Shown here piece by piece: positions 46,794 through 57,486 of a DNA stretch of 64,000 bases. Within the stretch, counting starts at the first letter, position 1; each line of letters opens with the position of its first letter. The translations under genes and the position numbers were made by a program. Where the stretch lies: positions 1-64,000 of the IMG/VR virus record IMGVR_UViG_3300030118_004474, one strand, 5' to 3'. The DNA is from a virus. The notes beneath the pieces are model-generated. The model had not been told where the DNA came from. It saw only the letters and a list, made by a program, of their open reading frames with translations, and did not search any database.

Positions 46794-47553
46794 TTGGTTT
46801 GATGTTCTAAAAATTAAAACCCCCGAAGGGGAAATGATGGTTGTTAACAGCATTACTGAATACCATAATAAACTTAGAGAAGAACTTAGACCAATTGTTC
46901 TTGAGGAACTACGTTTAACTAGCGAAAGAGATACAGAAAAAACGAAAATTAATATCAAACCATATCGTATAGTAGACGGTGTTCGTTATAATGCTTCTTG
47001 GAGAGATAAAAATAGTGAAAATACCCACTCAATAGATATTAGGTATAGGGGTAGCGGAAATGAAAATGAACCCCATGAAATCATATCTATTACTTCGGAT
47101 AATTTGGGTCCTGCCCTACAAATGGGGACAAACTATGAAGCCACCAATTCTTACGATTTACTTTTAGAAGTTACAGATAAAATAGAAGATTTTTATGAAC
47201 AGAAATTTAGAACAGAAACTCTTGGTGTTCCTTCTGTTGAAGAGGATGAGGATAGAGTTTCAACAGAAGAATTTAATAGAAAATTAGAGGAGGCTAATCC
47301 CGGCTTTAAATTTATTGAAGGAAAACTAAGGGACTTAGGGGATATGGGAAGGCTTGCCAATATGAAGGGAATTACTCTTGATGCTTTACTAAGTAGATAT
47401 AATCTAACACCTAGAGACTTTTTAGATAATATGACCGCTAGAGAAATTCCTCCACAAAATCAACCAACTAGAAGAGAAAATTTAAATGTTAGACCTCCGA
47501 TGAGGAGAGCACCTCCAATTAGAGGAAGAAGAGGAAGAAGAGAAGAACAATAA
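46786..47553 (+). CDS. Protein with leader MFNWFDVLK and an Arg-rich tail
   Basis: GTG start; C-terminal RGRRGRR. Confidence 0.65.
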   Translation: MFNWFDVLKIKTPEGEMMVVNSITEYHNKLREELRPIVLEELRLTSERDTEKTKINIKPYRIVDGVRYNASWRDKNSENTHSIDIRYRGSGNENEPHEIISITSDNLGPALQMGTNYEATNSYDLLLEVTDKIEDFYEQKFRTETLGVPSVEEDEDRVSTEEFNRKLEEANPGFKFIEGKLRDLGDMGRLANMKGITLDALLSRYNLTPRDFLDNMTAREIPPQNQPTRRENLNVRPPMRRAPPIRGRRGRREEQ

Positions 47554-47600
47554 AAAGTATTATATACGAGATTCCTCTTAGCACCCAATAAGGTGATTTT

Positions 47601-47777
47601 ATGTCTATTGAAAATAAAATTGAAAGTGTCGCAGAAGAAGCAGAAGATTTGGTGGAACTTGCGGAAGACTTGGGTTTAATTAGTGAAGAAGATGAAGCAA
47701 AATATAAAGCAATTCTAAAGAAGGCTCTACCAGCCCTATTAGTGGTAGTTCCACTATTCGTTGTTCTTCTTCAATGA
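47601..47777 (+). CDS. 58-aa acidic protein with a C-terminal TM helix (not in the ORF track)
   Basis: AGGTGA RBS; ...ALPALLVVVPLFVVLLQ. Confidence 0.55.
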   Translation: MSIENKIESVAEEAEDLVELAEDLGLISEEDEAKYKAILKKALPALLVVVPLFVVLLQ

Positions 47778-49288
47778 TTAACATGTCTGTTAGGAGAGCC
47801 ATACGCAGGGCGTTAAATAATGCCAATAGGCGTAGAGATTATTCTATTGAATTTAGTGAAATAACACCATCCATAATGGAGGAACTATCCTCAATTGTTT
47901 CGGGAGGTAGGGAAAATTTATTATCTTATGCTGATGATTTTTTAGAAAGACTAAGAGAATCTGATAGAGCCGGAGTAGTTGATAACATACTTACACAACT
48001 CAAAAAAATATTAGATAATGCCTTAGTGATACAACTTGGTAATTTAGGTGTTGAGGGACCAACAAATAACCCCACTAAAAGAATGAAGGATATTTACACA
48101 ATGGGTGAACAACCTATCAATGATTGGTTCTCTACCAATAAACAAGACCTTTACGATAAATTCATTAATGGTGATTTTAGACCACTATACAACACATACA
48201 CATTTTTTAAAAATCAAGGTTTATCACAAGACTACCAAAATATCATATCAGAGGTGCAAACTAACGCTAAAGTTGATGAAACCTTACCGCTACTAAACGA
48301 AACCGACAGAATGAATATAGCCCCTACAAGTTCTGACCCCGAAATTATAACAATTTTTAAAGAAATTGAGACATCAAGATTAAAGGAATTAGCAGACATT
48401 TTGGGTTTTATTCCTGAATCTAAGACCCCTCTTCCTATTATTGAAATGAATGCTTTTGAAATTAGAAGTGGTATCGTATCGCAAGAGGACAATTTAAAAA
48501 ATCTGTTAACTTTGTTTTTTTCCGCCAATAAACAAACAAATTCAACTAGTAATTTTTTCACCCAATTAGAAAATGTTTCGTTGCTAGCCTTTACTTCTTT
48601 CATCAGAAGATTATTCACTAATACTATAAGGGACGGTATCACCTTTTTAAATCTTTACGCTAATTTAGTTTCACGCCGAGGTGATGTAGATTTCCCAGCA
48701 TCAGAAAAATTTAGGCTAGGAACCGGAGATTTAATTTCGGAAACAAAAATGTATAGGGACTTATATGACTACTTAAAGCCCGAACTACCTTATGAAGAAT
48801 GGGTTAGAGGAAAAGATACGGTAGCCTTTGGCAATCAATTAGAGGCCTTTATGAAAAGAAGAACAGAAAGCCCCCGTATTAAAAGGGTTAGGAGAAGCGT
48901 AGGGAATTTGGAACTTCTGTCATATTATGGAGGCAGTAGTAGAAGAAATACTCCCCTACAAGGAAACTTTGAGGTTGGAATTTTACCCGAAGATATTATG
49001 TCGTCTCTATTAGGTTTTATTCAGATATTTGATAATGGGTATAACTTCAATGATATACCGCCCTTTAGGAGAATAGAGTCAGCAAACTACGAAGCGGTAG
49101 AACAAACATTAAATCAAAAATTAACCGAAGCAATCAAAATAGTTCGTAGGGGTATATTACAAGAGTTTAATTCAATGTTAGAAATTATAGTGAGTAGAAG
49201 AGAACTTTCCTTCAAGTCAATAAAGGGAGTGTCAGCACTAAGATTTTTAGATAATTTAGATTTATTGGAGGACGAGTTAGATGTATGA
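47774..49288 (+). CDS. Hypothetical protein
   Basis: 504-aa ORF. Confidence 0.75.
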   Translation: MINMSVRRAIRRALNNANRRRDYSIEFSEITPSIMEELSSIVSGGRENLLSYADDFLERLRESDRAGVVDNILTQLKKILDNALVIQLGNLGVEGPTNNPTKRMKDIYTMGEQPINDWFSTNKQDLYDKFINGDFRPLYNTYTFFKNQGLSQDYQNIISEVQTNAKVDETLPLLNETDRMNIAPTSSDPEIITIFKEIETSRLKELADILGFIPESKTPLPIIEMNAFEIRSGIVSQEDNLKNLLTLFFSANKQTNSTSNFFTQLENVSLLAFTSFIRRLFTNTIRDGITFLNLYANLVSRRGDVDFPASEKFRLGTGDLISETKMYRDLYDYLKPELPYEEWVRGKDTVAFGNQLEAFMKRRTESPRIKRVRRSVGNLELLSYYGGSSRRNTPLQGNFEVGILPEDIMSSLLGFIQIFDNGYNFNDIPPFRRIESANYEAVEQTLNQKLTEAIKIVRRGILQEFNSMLEIIVSRRELSFKSIKGVSALRFLDNLDLLEDELDV

Positions 49289-51734
49289 AGAATATCCCAG
49301 CGAAGAAGAAAGTAGATTAATTAACTATGGTGAAGGAGACACAGAACAACTTGACGGAGATGATTTAAGGATAGAAGTCAATAACTTAAATAATAATTTA
49401 ATAGAAATTGATGAAGAGGGTCCTTTTAACACAGTTGCTTATTATAATTTTGTAGGTAATCTATTACATGGTATAGAATTCGTAGAACTGCCTAATTTTC
49501 CACGAAGGGCCTCTCTTGATAATTTTTATGAAAGAGGACAAATGATTCATAACCTAGCGTATTCTTCCCATGAAATAAATGAAATGAGAGCAGACTTTAC
49601 CATCAATAGAGAACTTGCCGAAGAACTTTCATCAGTTAATGAGGCGGTAGCGGCCCTTATACAAAACGTAATGGCTTACATCGGGGATGATGAAGACGAG
49701 CAAATAACTGAAAGAAGCGAATTTAGAAAATTAGCAGAAGCCATTACGATAAGAGATATTCAATCCCTACGGGGTAAGAACGAAATTTACGACTACTGGC
49801 AAAACTATTATGATAAATTTCAAGCAATCATGGGGTTAAGCCTACCAGTTGTTTTAACACCTAGTCAGGCTAAAGACTTTGAAAGTGCTTTTGAGAGAAT
49901 AAAAATTCCGTGCATTGTATTACAGCATACTGATGCTGAGTTTGAACAAGCGTCGGGAAGATTCGGCCTACTACAAATGGCTAATGAAATTTTGTTTAAT
50001 AGGCTGGGAATGGTTCCTAGCAAAGAATATGAGGAAGTTTTTGGTTCTTCTGTTGAATTTACACAAAGGATTCAAAGGGACGATTTTGGACAAGAAACCG
50101 GAAGGGTCGGTGAAATGGAAGTAAGTGAAAAAGAAAACGCTGATAATATAGAAATGGTAAAAAATTCCTTAGACCCATTGACTTATCTTAACTTATTAGA
50201 GAAAAAAATTCTTTTCTTACCACAGGATAGCGAAACCACTACCGAGTTAAAAAATAAAATTAATCAATATTTACCCGAAGAACTTAGCGGTTTAAATCCT
50301 AGAGCCATTGGGTATTTATCCGATGTCGTATCTGAAGCAGTAGATGATTATGTCTCACTAGTTGATAAGAGAGATAGATATTACCTACCAATGTTAGATA
50401 GCCACACTTCGGAAATGTCTTCGGTTCCAATTACTAAAGGTTTTACTATTGCTTATTATACGGTACAACTAAAAAGCACCTCTAATGAAACAGAAAATAT
50501 ACGAGATGAACCTATTACAATGGACCCAAACGTTAGAGAAGCGTTATATGGTGAAACTCCTGTTGAAGAAATTGAAAATCCAACTCATACAATATCTTTA
50601 AAGTTGGAACAAAATCCAATCGGTGGGACATATAGTGCGCTTATGGACTATCTAAACGAAGAAATAATAAAAATGTTTTCTGCCATAAATAGTGTTATGG
50701 TGGAGGGCAAAAAGACTAAATTTGTGTCAAATATAGGTGAAAGAACAGGAAAGCCGATGACTGGTAGTGGGCAGTCCGCCGCTATCGGAGCAAAATATCC
50801 TAGTATTGCGGGTTCTTTAGCAACGCTTTCAACAAATAATTTTGCTCCTCTATTAGATTTTATTTATTCTCAATACATCAGCGATATAGATTATAGGTAT
50901 TTATTTAATAGAGATTATCCCGAATATTTTAGAAGCGGTGTGTTTGTTTCATTTAAATCGGCCTATGACGCATCAAGAAAAAAGAAAGGAACCGCTATTT
51001 CTCAACAGGTAGCAAAGTTCCCGACTACTGCTATTGATGAAGAAGATTTAAAACAGTTAGAGCGTTTAGTAACGCTTTTAAGAAGAGGTGCAACTTCTAC
51101 CATTACAAGTCTTATTGAGGCGGCTGAAAATACCGTACAGATATTTTTAATGTTAAATCTTTCTGTCGGACAGAGTAGGGCCGATAGAACAAAAATTCAA
51201 AGAGAAATTACTAATTCTTTAGGTAGAGTAATTTTTGAGTATGCTTCAAGGAGAAACGAAGAAAGACTTTCAAATAATGTATTTGCTGGCAAACAAATAC
51301 AAGAATATGCTGGTATGGAAGTTAATGCTAAATACCTAAATATTATTGATGAGTTAGAAAGTGCAGACTTTATGGAAACACTATCCCCCGATGAAAGAAG
51401 TATCGTTGGAAGAGTAAAGCAAAAACTTACAGGTAATTTTTGGAGAGAAATTTTAGGTGATGAAGATTCTGATATTGAGAATTCATTACTAAAAGCAGTA
51501 GACATAATGAGAGGAAATAATGGTTTATTTGTATATAAGGCATTTATGGACATGACAAACGTTGAAGAAGTTTCAATAGTTTCTGATTTAATTAGAAAAG
51601 AGGATAGGGTAGATTTGTATGCTCAAGACATGGAGACTATTCTAAAATCACCCAATAAGACATTTGCCGAATTGTCTGTTCAATTAGGAGTCAGTAGAGA
51701 AGTTATTTACAAGATTAGGGGGCTATTTCGTTGA
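49281..51734 (+). CDS. Large acidic hypothetical protein with a C-terminal HTH-like segment
   Basis: 817-aa ORF; ends TFAELSVQLGVSREVIYKIRG. Confidence 0.75.
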   Translation: MYEEYPSEEESRLINYGEGDTEQLDGDDLRIEVNNLNNNLIEIDEEGPFNTVAYYNFVGNLLHGIEFVELPNFPRRASLDNFYERGQMIHNLAYSSHEINEMRADFTINRELAEELSSVNEAVAALIQNVMAYIGDDEDEQITERSEFRKLAEAITIRDIQSLRGKNEIYDYWQNYYDKFQAIMGLSLPVVLTPSQAKDFESAFERIKIPCIVLQHTDAEFEQASGRFGLLQMANEILFNRLGMVPSKEYEEVFGSSVEFTQRIQRDDFGQETGRVGEMEVSEKENADNIEMVKNSLDPLTYLNLLEKKILFLPQDSETTTELKNKINQYLPEELSGLNPRAIGYLSDVVSEAVDDYVSLVDKRDRYYLPMLDSHTSEMSSVPITKGFTIAYYTVQLKSTSNETENIRDEPITMDPNVREALYGETPVEEIENPTHTISLKLEQNPIGGTYSALMDYLNEEIIKMFSAINSVMVEGKKTKFVSNIGERTGKPMTGSGQSAAIGAKYPSIAGSLATLSTNNFAPLLDFIYSQYISDIDYRYLFNRDYPEYFRSGVFVSFKSAYDASRKKKGTAISQQVAKFPTTAIDEEDLKQLERLVTLLRRGATSTITSLIEAAENTVQIFLMLNLSVGQSRADRTKIQREITNSLGRVIFEYASRRNEERLSNNVFAGKQIQEYAGMEVNAKYLNIIDELESADFMETLSPDERSIVGRVKQKLTGNFWREILGDEDSDIENSLLKAVDIMRGNNGLFVYKAFMDMTNVEEVSIVSDLIRKEDRVDLYAQDMETILKSPNKTFAELSVQLGVSREVIYKIRGLFR

Positions 51735-53068
51735 AGAAGGATTTGGGGTATGGAGCACCGGGAACTTATCTTCCTATCATAACTGATGAGGAAGGAAAAC
51801 CAGCCAATACTCCGGATGTATATATTGATGATAAAATCTATTCTGAAAAAGAAATGGTTGCTTTATTTAGAAAAGTTAACCCATATCGTAAAACTAGAGA
51901 AGAGATGGATTTTTTTCCTCCCCTAACGAGACAAAATGCTGATGGTTATTTTATTGCCTTTGACCGTGTAAATACCTTGGGTGGTTCACCCCTACCTGTT
52001 GGACGTGCTGGGTGGAAATATCTTGATGAGCATAAATTATTCCTCACTACGGGAATAAAAACAATTGACATGTATAGGGGTCTAGGTGTGGCTAAAATGC
52101 TGTGGGCAAAAAGGGATAGTGCTATATTTGGTACTAATCCAGCAATCGGTATGGCTAGTAATTTTTCTTCGGGCTGGCTCAATTATATTAAATCACAAGG
52201 TTGGACCGTTGACCCTCCGGTGGAGTCCTTACCGGCAAGTATTCAAGACGAGGTTATAAATACACTACAAGGGGACAAACCTCGCCGGTTAATTAGTAAG
52301 AATATTGATATGGCTATGAAAAAGGCTTGGGAAATTTTAAAGGTTGATACTCGTCCCGACATTCGTAATGAAGCGCAATACAATGCGGCTTCCTTAGATG
52401 AAAGAAGGCGTTGGCATAACCGACAAAGAGAGGCATATAATACAAGGTTAAAAGCCCTTAGAACTCAACACACAGTAGATTTAACCGATACAGAAAACCC
52501 AGTTTATCAAGAAATGAAATATTATCAAGATATGAGAAACTTTCACGGTAGGCAACAAAGAAGAATAGCAAGGTGTCTTGGGTTAGGAAAAACAGAATGT
52601 AATGACTATTATTCCCTAGAGTTAGAAGGAGAAAATAGACGAACGCAAAAATATAAAACTACTCCTACGGGTAAATTAGACCCTTATGTTGAAATATCAT
52701 TGGAAGCCTATAATAATCTAACAGATAAGCAAAAAATAAATTATCATATGGGTATGATGAGGCAGGGAATAGATAAAACATTTCACAATAGAATGTTTCA
52801 TAGGATTCAACGCAAGTATAAACCACCAACATTCCCTTCTCCTAAATACGGCGGCGAATCTAGTGAGGGTTTAGAATACACAAAGGAAGAATACGATAAT
52901 ATGGATGATAAAAACAAAAGGGAATATCATGGTCGTATGGCATCAAGAGCAAAAAGAGATAATAATGACGAACTACGCCGATTTCATGATAGAATGCGTT
53001 ATAGACTTAGAATGAATATACCCCTCCCTAATTATTATTCACCCGAAGACGAACAGGAGGAAGAATAA
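51731..53068 (+). CDS. GNAT acetyltransferase fused to a His-pair repeat domain
   Basis: Motif A YRGLGVAKML; internal KKAWEILK; three Y...H...FHxR repeats. Confidence 0.65.
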   Translation: MKKDLGYGAPGTYLPIITDEEGKPANTPDVYIDDKIYSEKEMVALFRKVNPYRKTREEMDFFPPLTRQNADGYFIAFDRVNTLGGSPLPVGRAGWKYLDEHKLFLTTGIKTIDMYRGLGVAKMLWAKRDSAIFGTNPAIGMASNFSSGWLNYIKSQGWTVDPPVESLPASIQDEVINTLQGDKPRRLISKNIDMAMKKAWEILKVDTRPDIRNEAQYNAASLDERRRWHNRQREAYNTRLKALRTQHTVDLTDTENPVYQEMKYYQDMRNFHGRQQRRIARCLGLGKTECNDYYSLELEGENRRTQKYKTTPTGKLDPYVEISLEAYNNLTDKQKINYHMGMMRQGIDKTFHNRMFHRIQRKYKPPTFPSPKYGGESSEGLEYTKEEYDNMDDKNKREYHGRMASRAKRDNNDELRRFHDRMRYRLRMNIPLPNYYSPEDEQEEE

Positions 53069-54486
53069 TGGACCTACTCACGGAAATGGACATGAAAGCC
53101 TCTAAGGGCAATTTTGAATATTTCTTCACTAAGGTTCTAGGTTTTGAGATGGCCCCCTTCCACAGGGAATGGCTTGAGCGTGTCCAATCTACACAACGTA
53201 CCGTTACGATTTGTTCACGGGACCACGGCAAATCAGTTTTTTTTCACTCGTGGTGCATCTACCAGTTATGTTTCCAAGAACCCCCATACGAAATTATTTA
53301 CATTTCCTCTAACCAAAAGCAAACAATGGTTCACATGAAAGATATTGATAGAATGTTTTCTACTATTCCCGCCTTGAAGAAGTTCAAACCTAAACAGGGT
53401 TGGGCTGTTGGCCGAATGGAATTGACCAACGGAAACCGTATCGTTGAAAGGTCGGTTGGTTCTCAAATCCGTGGACTCCACCCCGACGAAATTATCATTG
53501 ACGACCCAATGAAGGAGTTCTCTATGACCGCCATTCAGCGAGTCTCGGATTGGTTTTGGGGTGATATGATTCCTACCCTTCACCACACCTCCTCTTTGAG
53601 AATGATTGGAACGCCTTTCACCTACACGGATATATTCGCTGAGTTGGAGGAAAACACCGAGTATGATGTAAAACGTTATCCAGCCATTAACCAAGCAGGA
53701 GAAGCACTTTGGCCTTCCCGTTGGGATATTGACTCGCTAGACCGTCGCCGTAGGGAAATAGGTTCTGCTAAATTTACAAGAGAATATCTTTGTATTCCCA
53801 TTTCTTCCAATACAATGTTATTTGGAAAAGAACATGTGGATAAATCAAAAGATAGAACCTCGTCTTTACAATACTATGGAAACAACGAAGCATTCAAATA
53901 CTACATAGGCTACGACCCATCAATGAGCATCAATGGCGACTACACCGTGATGATTGTTTTAGAGGTTGATGAAGAATTAAATAAAAAAGTTGTTCATATG
54001 GTTCGTGAAAAAAATATGGACTTTCGTTCACATATCACCCGCATTACTGACCTATGCCAAAGATTCTCACCAGAAATCGTAATGATTGAAACAAACACCT
54101 TCGCTAAATCTTTCGCTATGGAACTACGAGACATTTCTGACTTCCCCGTTAAGGAGTTCACTATGAGTAGAAAGAAAAAAGAAGAAATTATTCTTAACCT
54201 ACAAATGAACTTTGAAAACAATAAAATTCTTTTACCGTATCAAAAAGACGAGGACAAAAAAGTTTCTAATGTAATCGTTCAAGAATTAGAGGCTTTTGGT
54301 ATTGGTAATAGTGGAAGAATAGAGGGCCTTGGAGCGCATGATGACACCGTTATTGCTTTGGCCTTAGCGAACTATGCAACCAAGACCTTTACAGACACAT
54401 TTATTGAAATTGAGGACGCTGGTATTTTTGCTACTAGTGGTCCAACGCTAAACTTAGGAGGTGGTATTTTTGGAATTAATTATTAG
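53068..54486 (+). CDS. terL: Terminase large subunit
   Basis: SRDHGKS Walker A, IIIDDP Walker B, IGTP, IGYDP and HDDTVIALALA nuclease motifs. Confidence 0.95.
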   Translation: MDLLTEMDMKASKGNFEYFFTKVLGFEMAPFHREWLERVQSTQRTVTICSRDHGKSVFFHSWCIYQLCFQEPPYEIIYISSNQKQTMVHMKDIDRMFSTIPALKKFKPKQGWAVGRMELTNGNRIVERSVGSQIRGLHPDEIIIDDPMKEFSMTAIQRVSDWFWGDMIPTLHHTSSLRMIGTPFTYTDIFAELEENTEYDVKRYPAINQAGEALWPSRWDIDSLDRRRREIGSAKFTREYLCIPISSNTMLFGKEHVDKSKDRTSSLQYYGNNEAFKYYIGYDPSMSINGDYTVMIVLEVDEELNKKVVHMVREKNMDFRSHITRITDLCQRFSPEIVMIETNTFAKSFAMELRDISDFPVKEFTMSRKKKEEIILNLQMNFENNKILLPYQKDEDKKVSNVIVQELEAFGIGNSGRIEGLGAHDDTVIALALANYATKTFTDTFIEIEDAGIFATSGPTLNLGGGIFGINY

Positions 54487-55855
54487 TAAAGATGAAATAA
54501 ACACAGAAGAATTGAGAAGAAAATTAGAGGAACTTGAAGAGGCTAAAAGAATCAAGGACGAAAAAGAAGAAAGTCTCCGTGCCGTAGCCAATAAAGACCC
54601 AAATGAAGTTATGATGTCATGGCTCCAATATCAATGTCATGACGAAATGCAAGTAATAAAAGATATTTCTAATAACTTAAAAATCAATTTTACAGACGCC
54701 AAGCAATATATTTCTAAAATGCCCGAAGAACTTATGATTGAGGAAAAAACAATACCGGATGTTGTAAAAGAATTGAGATACATGCGTAGGACTCTCAAGG
54801 GTAAAACAAGAGAAAAAATGGCCTCCACCATTAATCATTTAATTAAGGCATATTCTGAACACTTAGATAATTCATTAGATTCTATCTATTGGTTGAGGCC
54901 GTTTAAAAAATCTGTTAGGATGCTTACTCCTGATATTAAAATGATGAAAAAATTTCACCACATCAAGGACGGAGAAACTAGACAGGTAATTATTGATAAT
55001 CTAGTTAAAATGTGGGAGGCTAATTTACAAAAATCATCCCTTGAATATGGGGAAGAATATAATACAGCCATAATAAAATTTAAATCTTCTAAAAAGAATA
55101 TTAAGAGTATTTTGAAAGAAATCTCTCATCAGTCAATTAGAAAACCAAGACAAGAGGTATTGGAAGATATGTTAGTCAAGACAATATGTGATAATCCCGG
55201 TATTACTAGCAATACGATTCATTCTCTTTTACCGTCCTCCTACCATCGCTCCACCACTCCCCAAACGATTTCTAAAATGCTAAAAAGAGTTCAAGCAATA
55301 AATGTCGGGGGAGAGTATTATATTCTAAGTGATGCTATCAGAAAAGACTTGTATTCTTACGTTGCAGGGTTTATTGATTCTGATGGATATATTACTATGG
55401 ATTCTAAATATGCACCGAGGGTTGGTATGATTGCTACTGGGGACCGAGGAAAGGCTTTTTTCAAGGAGATGGAAAATCAATTGAAAATTGGACGCTTACA
55501 CTTGGACCAAAAGGTAGGGGAAAATAATAGAAGCCAACACAGATTAAATTTTTATAGTCAGGGTGATATATCTAAACTACTGGATAAGACAATACCTCAC
55601 CTAAGAATGAAAAAGGAACAGGGCAAACTGATTCAAGAAGCCATCATGATTAAACAAAATTTTTCTAAAGAAGATTGGGCCAAGCCCCGCTTAGAAGAAA
55701 TTTTTAAACTTATCAAGTGGGAGAACTGGAAGGATGCCGCTAATAAAGTAGAATTACAAAAGTATAATATACAAGAAGAGGATATTATAAAATATAGAGA
55801 GAACTCCCGGTGGGCCTACATGAACGCCGTGGACACGATTTCAAAGGAGGAATGA
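54461..55855 (+). CDS. Protein with a C-terminal LAGLIDADG endonuclease domain
   Basis: YVAGFIDSDGYI; preceded by a wHTH-like segment and a long helical N-terminus; true start possibly TTG 54470. Confidence 0.8.
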   Translation: MVFLELIISKDEINTEELRRKLEELEEAKRIKDEKEESLRAVANKDPNEVMMSWLQYQCHDEMQVIKDISNNLKINFTDAKQYISKMPEELMIEEKTIPDVVKELRYMRRTLKGKTREKMASTINHLIKAYSEHLDNSLDSIYWLRPFKKSVRMLTPDIKMMKKFHHIKDGETRQVIIDNLVKMWEANLQKSSLEYGEEYNTAIIKFKSSKKNIKSILKEISHQSIRKPRQEVLEDMLVKTICDNPGITSNTIHSLLPSSYHRSTTPQTISKMLKRVQAINVGGEYYILSDAIRKDLYSYVAGFIDSDGYITMDSKYAPRVGMIATGDRGKAFFKEMENQLKIGRLHLDQKVGENNRSQHRLNFYSQGDISKLLDKTIPHLRMKKEQGKLIQEAIMIKQNFSKEDWAKPRLEEIFKLIKWENWKDAANKVELQKYNIQEEDIIKYRENSRWAYMNAVDTISKEE

Positions 55856-57486
55856 ATATGGGTCTAAGGGATAGTCTAAGAAACCTCATTAGGAGAAGAA
55901 CACCAACTCCTGTAAATGATGAAGTATATAACATGGGTATTCAAGAACGAAGACTACCACAACATTATGCTGGCAAATATCTATATTCTATGGCTCAAAA
56001 TTCAACCGTGGTCCGGACTTGTCTAGTTCAACTTAAAACTGAAATTTTTCGCAGGGGTTATGAATGGGTAAAGGCCTTTGATTTAAAGTGTAGTGATTGT
56101 GGATATGAACATCACAAAGAGGTGGACGCTTGTTCTAGTTGTGGTTCTACAAATCTAAGAAGACCCGACCTTCAACAGAAACTATACGCTTTTGACTTTT
56201 TTGAAGGATATGTAAATTCATCACATCAATTGTTTATTGATGTTCTAAAGGAATTGGAAACTGATATGAATATCATTGATGATGCTTACCTAATATTAGT
56301 AAAAGACTACTACTTAGATAAAAACGGCGAAATAATAATGTCCAAAATAAACGAGATTTATAGGGGCGACCCAACAACGATTTACATAGAGGTTGATGAA
56401 GATGGTGATAGAGGTCATTCTCGTTATACATGTATAACACATAGAGATTTTGTTAGTGAAGATAAATATGATAAATGTGCAGTTTGTGGTTCCTCCCTAC
56501 ATCCGATAGAATTTGTAAATAAATCTAGAGGTGAAGACCAAAATTATATTATGGGAGAAGTTGTTCATTTTAGTAAATATTCACCTTCAAGATTATATGG
56601 ACATCCGCCAGTTCTAACACTATTTAATCACATTTTTACCCTAACCGCTATGGAAAGTTATATCAGCACATTATATACCAAGGCTAGAACCCCAAGAGGT
56701 ATTCTCGCTGTCCAAACAAACAATATGGAGTCGTTGGTAAAGTATTGGAAGGGAGTAAAGGAGAAGTTAGAAAGGGACCCCCACTACACACCCATTATGG
56801 GAATTGAAACAGAAGGAGGTTCAAGAGGTTCTGTTGAATGGGTTCCATTCACTAACACAATTAAAGAAATGGACTATATCAACGTAAAGGATGATTTGAG
56901 AACAAGAGTTTCGTCTTTTTATGGTGTTAGTAATATTTTTACCGGAGACACTACTACTGGCGGCGGTCTTAATAACGAAGGTATGCAAATTTTGGTCACA
57001 AATAGAGCAGTTGAAAAGGCACAGAACGTTTATAATAAATACATGTTTCCTTTCTTAATGAAACAATTTGGCATTACCGATTGGAAAGTTCAACTTCTAA
57101 GAAGTGAAGAGGAAGATGAAATCGCTAATATCCGTAGGCGGGAGATGGAACTACAACTAGCAATACAAATGAAAAATCTTGGATTTGAAGTTGATATGAA
57201 TGAGGATGGAGACTTTGTTTTCAAAAAATACCCCGCTAAAGAACTTATTGATGTTGATGTTGAATCCGATGAAAAACCACTAGAAACAGACCCCTATGCG
57301 GGAACAAACATTGACCGTTCGCAATTAGGACAACTACAAGAACAGGCTTTGATGAGTGGCAATACGAAGGCGCAAGTAGCGGGAGAAACTAGTATGGAAA
57401 AAGGCCCACCGAAAAGATTTAGTGGTCTACCAAAGGAGGCAGGAAATAATAACGTGGATAGTAGGACCGAAAGGAGGATTCCTTGA
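55852..57486 (+). CDS. Portal protein
   Basis: Downstream of terL; EVVHF..YSPSRLYGHPP, PRGIL, RVSSFYGVS motifs; Zn-ribbon inserts. Confidence 0.85.
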   Translation: MNMGLRDSLRNLIRRRTPTPVNDEVYNMGIQERRLPQHYAGKYLYSMAQNSTVVRTCLVQLKTEIFRRGYEWVKAFDLKCSDCGYEHHKEVDACSSCGSTNLRRPDLQQKLYAFDFFEGYVNSSHQLFIDVLKELETDMNIIDDAYLILVKDYYLDKNGEIIMSKINEIYRGDPTTIYIEVDEDGDRGHSRYTCITHRDFVSEDKYDKCAVCGSSLHPIEFVNKSRGEDQNYIMGEVVHFSKYSPSRLYGHPPVLTLFNHIFTLTAMESYISTLYTKARTPRGILAVQTNNMESLVKYWKGVKEKLERDPHYTPIMGIETEGGSRGSVEWVPFTNTIKEMDYINVKDDLRTRVSSFYGVSNIFTGDTTTGGGLNNEGMQILVTNRAVEKAQNVYNKYMFPFLMKQFGITDWKVQLLRSEEEDEIANIRRREMELQLAIQMKNLGFEVDMNEDGDFVFKKYPAKELIDVDVESDEKPLETDPYAGTNIDRSQLGQLQEQALMSGNTKAQVAGETSMEKGPPKRFSGLPKEAGNNNVDSRTERRIP

